From the NCBI RefSeq assembly GCF_000195955.2, contig NC_000962.3, positions 3,600,001 through 3,632,000 on the forward strand: a DNA stretch of 32,000 bases. Direction: 5' to 3'. The stretch is from Mycobacterium tuberculosis H37Rv (lineage in GTDB: Bacteria > Actinomycetota > Actinomycetes > Mycobacteriales > Mycobacteriaceae). Shown in pieces: positions 24,911-32,000 of this stretch; position 1 is the first letter of the stretch; each line of letters begins with the position of its first letter. The notes below the pieces were generated by a model that saw nothing but the letters and a program-made list of their open reading frames with translations, had not been told where the DNA came from and did no database searches. Both the position numbers and the translations under genes were made by a program.

Positions 24911-26613
24911 CAACCGCTCCACTCCGCGTGCTCACGTGGGCGCTGACGTTCCTTGTATTCCGGTGGCATCGGTTGCGGATTCGGTTGCGCGACCGGTTGC
25001 AGAACTGGCTGCGGGATCGGTTTCATGGGCAGCGGGCTGGTGGTGACCTTGTGGCCGCGCACCATCGGAAGCGTCAGCCGGAAGCAGGCGCCCTCGCCGG
25101 GTTCGCCCCACGCCTCAAGCCGACCCTGGTGCAATCGGGCATCCTCGACGCTGATCGCCAAACCCAGCCCGGTGCCGCCGGACCGACGTACCCGTGAGGG
25201 ATCCGAGCGCCAGAACCGGCTAAACACCAGCTTCTCCTCACCAGGCCGCAGCCCAACCCCGTAGTCACGCACGGTGACGGCGACCGTGTCTTCGTCGGCG
25301 GCCATCCGGATCCGCACCGGTTTGTGTTCGGCGTGGTCGATGGCATTGGCAATCAGATTGCGCAGGATCCGTTCTACCCGACGCGCATCGACCTCCGCGA
25401 TCACCTGCTCGGCGGGCAGATCCACCAGCAACTCGATACCGGCCTCCTCGGCCAGGTGGCCCACATTGCCGAGCGCGTTGTTGACCGTTGTGCGCAAGTC
25501 GACCGCCTCAACCGACAACTCGGCCACCCCGGCGTCATGCCGCGAGATCTCCAGCAGGTCGTTGAGCAACGTCTCGAATCGGTCCAGCTCGCTAACCATC
25601 AACTCGGTGGACCGCCGCAGCGTGGGGTCGAGGTCGGCGCTGTGGTCATAGATCAAGTCGGCCGCCATCCGCACCGTGGTCAGCGGCGTACGCAGTTCGT
25701 GGCTGACGTCGGAGGTGAACCGGCGCTGTAGGTTGCCGAACTCCTCCAGCTGGGCGATCTGTCGGGACAGGCTCTCGGCCATGTCGTTGAACGACACCGC
25801 CAGCCTGGCCATGTCGTCCTCGCCGCGCACCGGCATGCGTTCGGACAGATGTCCCTCGGCGAAACGTTCGGCGATCCGCGACGCCGACCGCACCGGCACC
25901 ACCACCTGACGCGACACCAGCAGCGCAATGCCGGCGAGCAGGACTAGCAGTACCAGGCCGCCGGTGGCCATCGTGCCACGCACCAGCGTGATCGTGGCTT
26001 GCTCGCTCGCCAGCGGAAAGATCAGGTATAGCTCCAGGTTGGCCACCCGCGACAACGTCGGAGTCCCGATGATCAGGGCCGGCCCGGAGAAACCTTCGGT
26101 CTGCACCGTGGCGTACTGGTAGGCGGCCTGCCCGGCCTTGACGAAGCCGCGCAGCGCGTTGGGCACCTGATCGACGGGTCCGGCAGTAGAGGCAGCGCGC
26201 GGCCCATCACCCGGCACCATCAGCACCGCATCGAACGCACCGGCGAGGCCAGCCCCCGAAGCGGGGTCGGTTTTCGACGTCAGAGTGTTGCGCGCAAGCT
26301 GCAGGCTACTGTCCAGTGAGCGCGTCTCCTCACCGTTGACGATCCCGCTGACGGTGGTGCGTGCCCGCTCGATCTGGTCGATCGCCGCCCTGACCTTGAT
26401 GTCGAGGACACGATTGGTGACCTGGCTGGTCAGCACAAAGCCAAGCGCCAGGATGACGGCTAGCGACAGTCCAAGGGTCAGCGCCACGACCCGCAGCTGC
26501 AGCGATCGGCGCCACGCGACAGCTACGGCTCGACTCAACGCACTGAGGCCCCGTGTCATCGGGCCAGAGCGACCCCGGCGACCCCGAATGCGTCGGCGCG
26601 AGCCGAAGATCAT
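24910..26613 (-). CDS. mtrB: Sensor histidine kinase MtrB
   Basis: 567 aa. Two TM segments, HAMP domain, H-box SHELRTPLT, and N/G boxes ([24 protein letters not shown]). The C-terminal tail is Pro/Gln-rich. Confidence 0.95.
24961..25020 (-). repeat. Five imperfect in-frame 12-nt tandem repeats encoding (P-x-x-Q)n in the MtrB C-terminal tail
   Basis: Minus-strand units are CCGATCCCGCAG / CCAGTTCTGCAA / CCGGTCGCGCAA / CCGAATCCGCAA / CCGATGCCACCG. They translate to [20 protein letters not shown]. Confidence 0.7.
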
Positions 26614-26662
26614 CGGCGCCGCTCCTTAGCATCGCTGCGCTCTGCATCGTCGCCGGCGCGGA

Positions 26663-27349
26663 TCACGGAGGTCCGGCCTTGTACCCCACTCCTCGAACGG
26701 TCAGCACCACAGTCGGGTTCTCGGGATCCTTTTCGACCTTGGCCCGCAGACGCTGGACATGCACGTTCACCAGCCTGGTATCGGCTGGGTGCCGGTAACC
26801 CCATACCTGTTCGAGCAGCACATCACGAGTAAACACCTGGCGCGGCTTGCGCGCCAATGCGACCAACAGGTCGAATTCCAGCGGTGTCAACGAGATCTGC
26901 TCACCGTTGCGAGTGACCTTGTGCGCCGGTACGTCGATTTCTACGTCGGCGATGGACAGCATCTCGGCGGGTTCGTCGTCGTTGCGGCGCAGCCGCGCCC
27001 GCACCCGCGCAACCAGCTCCTTGGGCTTGAACGGCTTCATGATGTAGTCGTCGGCGCCCGACTCCAGACCCAGCACCACATCCACGGTGTCGGTCTTTGC
27101 GGTGAGCATCACGATCGGAACACCGGAATCGGCGCGCAACACCCGGCACACGTCGATGCCGTTCATACCGGGCAGCATCAAATCCAATAACACCAGATCG
27201 GGGCGCAGCTCGCGCACCGCGGTCAGAGCCTGAGTACCGTCGCCGATGACCGCGGTGTCGAAGCCTTCCCCCCGCAGCACGATGGTGAGCATCTCAGCCA
27301 ACGAAGCGTCGTCGTCAACGACCAAAATCCTTTGCCTCATGGTGTCCAT
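26663..27349 (-). CDS. mtrA: OmpR-family response regulator MtrA
   Basis: ATG start at 27349 (MDTMRQRILVVDDD), 228 aa. Receiver domain with DLVLLDLMLPGMNG, plus a winged-helix C-terminal domain. The track start at 27370 is an unsupported TTG. Confidence 0.95.
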   Translation of the reverse strand: MDTMRQRILVVDDDASLAEMLTIVLRGEGFDTAVIGDGTQALTAVRELRPDLVLLDLMLPGMNGIDVCRVLRADSGVPIVMLTAKTDTVDVVLGLESGADDYIMKPFKPKELVARVRARLRRNDDEPAEMLSIADVEIDVPAHKVTRNGEQISLTPLEFDLLVALARKPRQVFTRDVLLEQVWGYRHPADTRLVNVHVQRLRAKVEKDPENPTVVLTVRGVGYKAGPP

Positions 27350-27418
27350 GGTGTCACCACATCGGGACAAAACTGGCGCACCACACGGGCGTTTCTTGCT
27401 TGATTAGGGCAAATACCC

Positions 27419-28063
27419 TCAACTTGGCACGTCTGGAGGCGCCAAAGTCGCCGCTAGTCGGCCCGGATCAACATCGGCGCCGACAACCAGCCACCGGCCG
27501 CCCCACCCTTGGGCCGCCAACTCGGCGTAGACCGCACCGGTGCGCTGCTGAAGTTCAGCGTCGCGTTCGTAATTGTCGCGCGCCCGACCGGGGTCACGCT
27601 GGGCACGGCCGCGGGATCGTTCCCCGGCGAGCTCGGCAGAGACCGCAAGGAGCACCTGCCAGTCGGGCTTGGGCAACCCGAGTCTTGCAAATTCGATCCG
27701 CTGAACCCAGGCCGCTGCCTTCCCGGCCGCGTTTTCATGTAGGCGCGCCGCGCTGTAGGCCGCGTTGGAGGCGACGTAGCGATCCAGGATCACCACGTCG
27801 TAGCCGCGACACAGCCCCTGGATCGTGTGGACCGCGCCAGCGCGGTCGAGCGCGAACAGCGTCGCCATCGCATACACCGACGATGCGAGGTCACCGTGCT
27901 CGCCGTGCAGCGCCTCCGCTGCGATGTCGGCGGCCACCGACTGTCCGTAGCGCGGGAACGCCAGTGTGGCCACCGATCTCCCGGCTGCTCGAAAGGCCCC
28001 GGACAGCTTTTCCACCAACGTCCGCTTGCCAGCGCCGTCAACGCCCTCAATCGCGATTAGCAC
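27419..28063 (-). CDS. tmk: Thymidylate kinase
   Basis: 214 aa with a GTG start at 28063. P-loop IEGVDGAGKRT and DRY motif (LDRYVASN). Confidence 0.93.
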   Translation of the reverse strand: MLIAIEGVDGAGKRTLVEKLSGAFRAAGRSVATLAFPRYGQSVAADIAAEALHGEHGDLASSVYAMATLFALDRAGAVHTIQGLCRGYDVVILDRYVASNAAYSAARLHENAAGKAAAWVQRIEFARLGLPKPDWQVLLAVSAELAGERSRGRAQRDPGRARDNYERDAELQQRTGAVYAELAAQGWGGRWLVVGADVDPGRLAATLAPPDVPS

Positions 28064-28086
28064 GGCGCGGCCCTGTCGGTGGCGGC

Positions 28087-28146
28087 GCGAGCAGACGCAA
28101 AATCGCCCTTTTCGTCATGAAAATGGGCGATTTTGCGTCTGCTCGC
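28087..28146 (-). terminator. Long perfect hairpin (22-bp stem, extendable by 5 bp) between sahH and tmk; intrinsic-terminator or RNA-stabiliser candidate, TRIT-like
   Basis: GCGAGCAGACGCAAAATCGCCC (28087-28108) is the exact reverse complement of 28125-28146. Inside the loop, TTTTC (28109-28113) pairs with GAAAA (28119-28123). The hairpin lies 13 nt after the sahH stop and 23 nt before the tmk GTG. There is no U-tract. Confidence 0.6.
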
Positions 28147-28159
28147 GGGTGGGAGGCAC

Positions 28160-29647
<1,488 letters not shown>

Positions 29648-29751
29648 AGGGGCTTTCATCCTTCTTTGGGGGCTCACAGGGATCCGAGCGGGCTACTTAG
29701 CCTAGGTACGCTCTTGCAGTCACTGTAGCCGCCGTCGGTCAGCCCCGCAGG

Positions 29752-30387
29752 TCAGGGGACATTGATCACACCGTGACGCTCCGCGAACGGCGTTATTAGC
29801 CGTGCTAGGTCCGCTGCGACATCATGGTCGGCCTCGGGCGGCATCGACACGTAGCTCAAGCACAGCCGCACGATCGCACGCGAGAGCACATTGGCGTCGT
29901 TATCGGTGGTGGCCACCCAGGTATCGGTGAAGGCCGGCGCCAGCCGGGCCGACGCGCGGGTGATGATCGGCGCGCTGTCGGTGGTGATCAGTTGCAGCAG
30001 ATCGGGCTTGGCGACACCGGTCAACAGCGAGATGACCAACGGATCTGCCGCCGACTCGGCGAAGAACGACCGAAAGCCCTGCAGGAACGCTTCGTAAAAG
30101 TTGCCGACGTTGGCGTCCAACGATGCATGGACGTTGTCCACTAATCGGTCGGCCAGGCGCAGCGCGTATCCCTGCGCCAGGCCTTGCCGGGAACCGAATT
30201 CGTTGTAGATGGTCTGCCGGCTGATGCCCGCCGCGCGGGCCACGTCGGACAGCGTGATGGCGGACCAGTCGCGGGTCAGCAGCAGATCCCGCATCGCATC
30301 CAGCACCGAATCCCGCAACAGGGCCCGCGAGGCCTCGGCATAGGGTATCCGCTTCACAGGCGCGACAGTAGCGCTTGGAGTGCTCAC
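29752..30387 (-). CDS. TetR-family transcriptional regulator (terminal gene of the alkB operon)
   Basis: The GTG start at 30387 overlaps the rubB stop (GTGA). 211 aa. The HTH reads [26 protein letters not shown]. Confidence 0.88.
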   Translation of the reverse strand: MSTPSATVAPVKRIPYAEASRALLRDSVLDAMRDLLLTRDWSAITLSDVARAAGISRQTIYNEFGSRQGLAQGYALRLADRLVDNVHASLDANVGNFYEAFLQGFRSFFAESAADPLVISLLTGVAKPDLLQLITTDSAPIITRASARLAPAFTDTWVATTDNDANVLSRAIVRLCLSYVSMPPEADHDVAADLARLITPFAERHGVINVP

Positions 30388-30566
30388 GAGCGAGCCACCT
30401 CCACCATCTCGAAATCCGACTTTGCCGCACCGCAATCCGGGCAACTCCAGTCATCGGGGATGTCGTCCCAGCGGGTGCCGGCCGCGATGCCGTCCTCCGG
30501 CCAACCCAGCGCCTCATCGTACTCAAAGCCGCATTGGATACAGCGGAACAGTTTGTAGTCGTTCAC
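30384..30566 (-). CDS. rubB: Rubredoxin B
   Basis: 60 aa with a GTG start at 30566. GGAGGG lies 7 nt upstream, inside the rubA 3' end. Two Cys pairs, CIQC and CPDC. Confidence 0.93.
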
Positions 30567-30570
30567 TTAG

Positions 30571-30738
30571 TTACCCTCCTATCTTTTCGAAATCGACCTT
30601 CTCGCGCACCGCGCAGTCCGGGCAGCACCAGTCGTCGGGAATTTGATCCCAGCCTGTGCCGGCTGGGAAGCCTTCCCTGGCATCACCGTTGGCCTCGTCG
30701 TAGACGTAGTCGCAGACCGGGCACCGGTAGGCGGCCAT
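30571..30738 (-). CDS. rubA: Rubredoxin A
   Basis: This ORF is not in the track (55 aa, below the cutoff), so I translated it by hand: MAAYRCPVCDYVYDEANGDAREGFPAGTGWDQIPDDWCCPDCAVREKVDFEKIGG*. Cys pairs CPVC and CPDC. The ATG at 30738 overlaps the alkB stop by 1 nt (TGATG). Stop TAA at 30571-30573. Confidence 0.9.
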   Translation of the reverse strand: MAAYRCPVCDYVYDEANGDAREGFPAGTGWDQIPDDWCCPDCAVREKVDFEKIGG

Positions 30739-31988
30739 CATGCCGAGGCTCCGTAACGGGCGAGTGCCTTCTCCCGCACGCGCGGGTGCAGGTTAACCCG
30801 AGTGATATCGCCGCCGTAGTGCTCCAGCACCCGGTGATCCATTACCTTGCGCCACAACGGCGGGAAGTAGGTCAGCGAGATCATCGATGCATACCCACTG
30901 GGCAGGTTGGGCGCACCCGCCATGCTCCGCAGTGTCTGATAGCGGCGAGTGGGGTTGGCGTGGTGATCGCTGTGTCGCTGCAGGTGGTAGAGGAACAGGT
31001 TGGTGACGATGTGGTCGGAGTTCCAGCTGTGCACCGGGGCGCAGCGCTCGTAGCGGCCGTTGGCGCTCTTCTGCCGTAGCAGTCCGTAGTGTTCGAGGTA
31101 GTTGACGGCCTCTAACAGGCTGAAGCCGAAGACTGCCTGGATGATGACGAACGGGATCAGCGCCGGGCCGAAGACCGCGATCAGCCCACCCCACAACACC
31201 ACCGACATCAGCCACGCGTTGAGCACGTCGTTGCGCAGATACGTCATGGGATTCCAGGGGCTGACGCCGAGCCGACGCAGCCGTTGGGCCTCCAAATGAA
31301 CGGCCGAGCGCAAGCCGCCGATAACACTGCGGGGCAGGAACTCCCACAACGTCTCGCCGAACCGCGCCGACGCCGGGTCCTCCGGTGTGGACACCCGGAC
31401 GTGATGGCCACGGTTGTGCTCGATGTAGAAGTGCCCGTAGCAGGTCTGGGCGAGGGTGATCTTGGACAGCCACCGCTCCAGCGAATCCTTCTTGTGCCCC
31501 ATTTCGTGGGCGGTGTTGATACCGACGCCGCCAAGCACACCGACCGACAGCGCCACCCCAAGCTTGCCCGCCCAGCTCAAGGCGCCGTCAAAGCCGAGCC
31601 AACTGAGGTTTGCGGCGGTGAACAGGTATGCGCCCAGCACCACGCTGAGGTACTGGAACGGGATGTAGATGTAGGTGCAGTAGCGGTAGTACTTGTCATT
31701 CTCCAGCCGGTCGGTCACCTCGTCGGGCGGGTTCTGCCCGTCGGGCCCGAAGCGTAGGTCAAGAAGCGGCAACAAGACGTAGAGCAGGATCGGTCCGATC
31801 CACAGCGGCACCTGCGCGGCGGCGTGCCAGCCGAGCTGGTTCATCCCCCAGATCAGCGGCAGCATCACCACCAAGGCCGTCGGGGCGATGAGGCCCATAA
31901 GCCACAGGTAACGCTTCTTGTCCCGCCACTCCTCGACTTCGGGCGGCCGGGGGGCTTCGGGTCCACCAGAGCCGATTTGCGTGGTCAT
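30738..31988 (-). CDS. alkB: Integral-membrane alkane 1-monooxygenase
   Basis: 416 aa with an ATG start at 31988. AlkB histidine boxes HEMGHK, EHNRGHH and LQRHSDHH, plus NYLEHYGL. Confidence 0.95.
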   Translation of the reverse strand: MTTQIGSGGPEAPRPPEVEEWRDKKRYLWLMGLIAPTALVVMLPLIWGMNQLGWHAAAQVPLWIGPILLYVLLPLLDLRFGPDGQNPPDEVTDRLENDKYYRYCTYIYIPFQYLSVVLGAYLFTAANLSWLGFDGALSWAGKLGVALSVGVLGGVGINTAHEMGHKKDSLERWLSKITLAQTCYGHFYIEHNRGHHVRVSTPEDPASARFGETLWEFLPRSVIGGLRSAVHLEAQRLRRLGVSPWNPMTYLRNDVLNAWLMSVVLWGGLIAVFGPALIPFVIIQAVFGFSLLEAVNYLEHYGLLRQKSANGRYERCAPVHSWNSDHIVTNLFLYHLQRHSDHHANPTRRYQTLRSMAGAPNLPSGYASMISLTYFPPLWRKVMDHRVLEHYGGDITRVNLHPRVREKALARYGASA

Positions 31989-32000
31989 ATGCCAAACCTC

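Noticed and set aside
29648-29751. Possible SAH riboswitch in the sahH leader.
   Set aside because: Reading the minus-strand leader, I could not recognise the conserved SAH-riboswitch core or its pseudoknot pairing. I found only a small GGCTA/TAGCC hairpin and a plausible promoter/RBS. An Rfam scan would settle it.

Overview
Visibly GC-rich actinobacterial chromosome. Gene content and order match my memory of the Mycobacterium tuberculosis complex segment Rv3224 to Rv3252c; I cannot verify nucleotide identity without a search. In window order: the 3' end of an SDR gene, a decayed ybaK-like remnant, a GNAT-APH fusion, an SRAP protein, aroA, rsgA, desA3 and its reductase, an acidic hypothetical, ppk2, a frameshift-split WS/DGAT (tgs3), an Rv3235-family protein, a KhtU/KhtT-like K+/H+ antiporter pair, an MddA-like membrane methyltransferase, an MFS-cNMP-patatin fusion protein, secA1, hpf, a comF-like gene, a hypothetical, lpqB-mtrB-mtrA, tmk, sahH, and the alkB-rubA-rubB-tetR operon. 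All but five of the gene-level features (three intact genes plus the two ybaK fragments) are on the minus strand, and many junctions have 1-4 nt start/stop overlaps. I found no tRNA or rRNA, CRISPR array, IS or phage remnant, or recognisable defence island, so this reads as core housekeeping and lipid-metabolism chromosome rather than an accessory region. Several ORF-track starts are over-extended; I give shorter starts with reasons. The observations most worth follow-up are: (1) a 27-nt tandem-palindrome element present in near-identical form upstream of both desA3 and its reductase gene; (2) the MFS + cNMP-binding + patatin fusion with intact catalytic motifs; (3) two decayed genes (ybaK-like, and tgs3 with a degenerate active site); (4) a perfect 22-bp-stem hairpin between sahH and tmk; (5) a KhtT/KhtU-like pair suggesting c-di-AMP control; (6) a 12-nt in-frame tandem repeat that forms the MtrB C-terminal tail.
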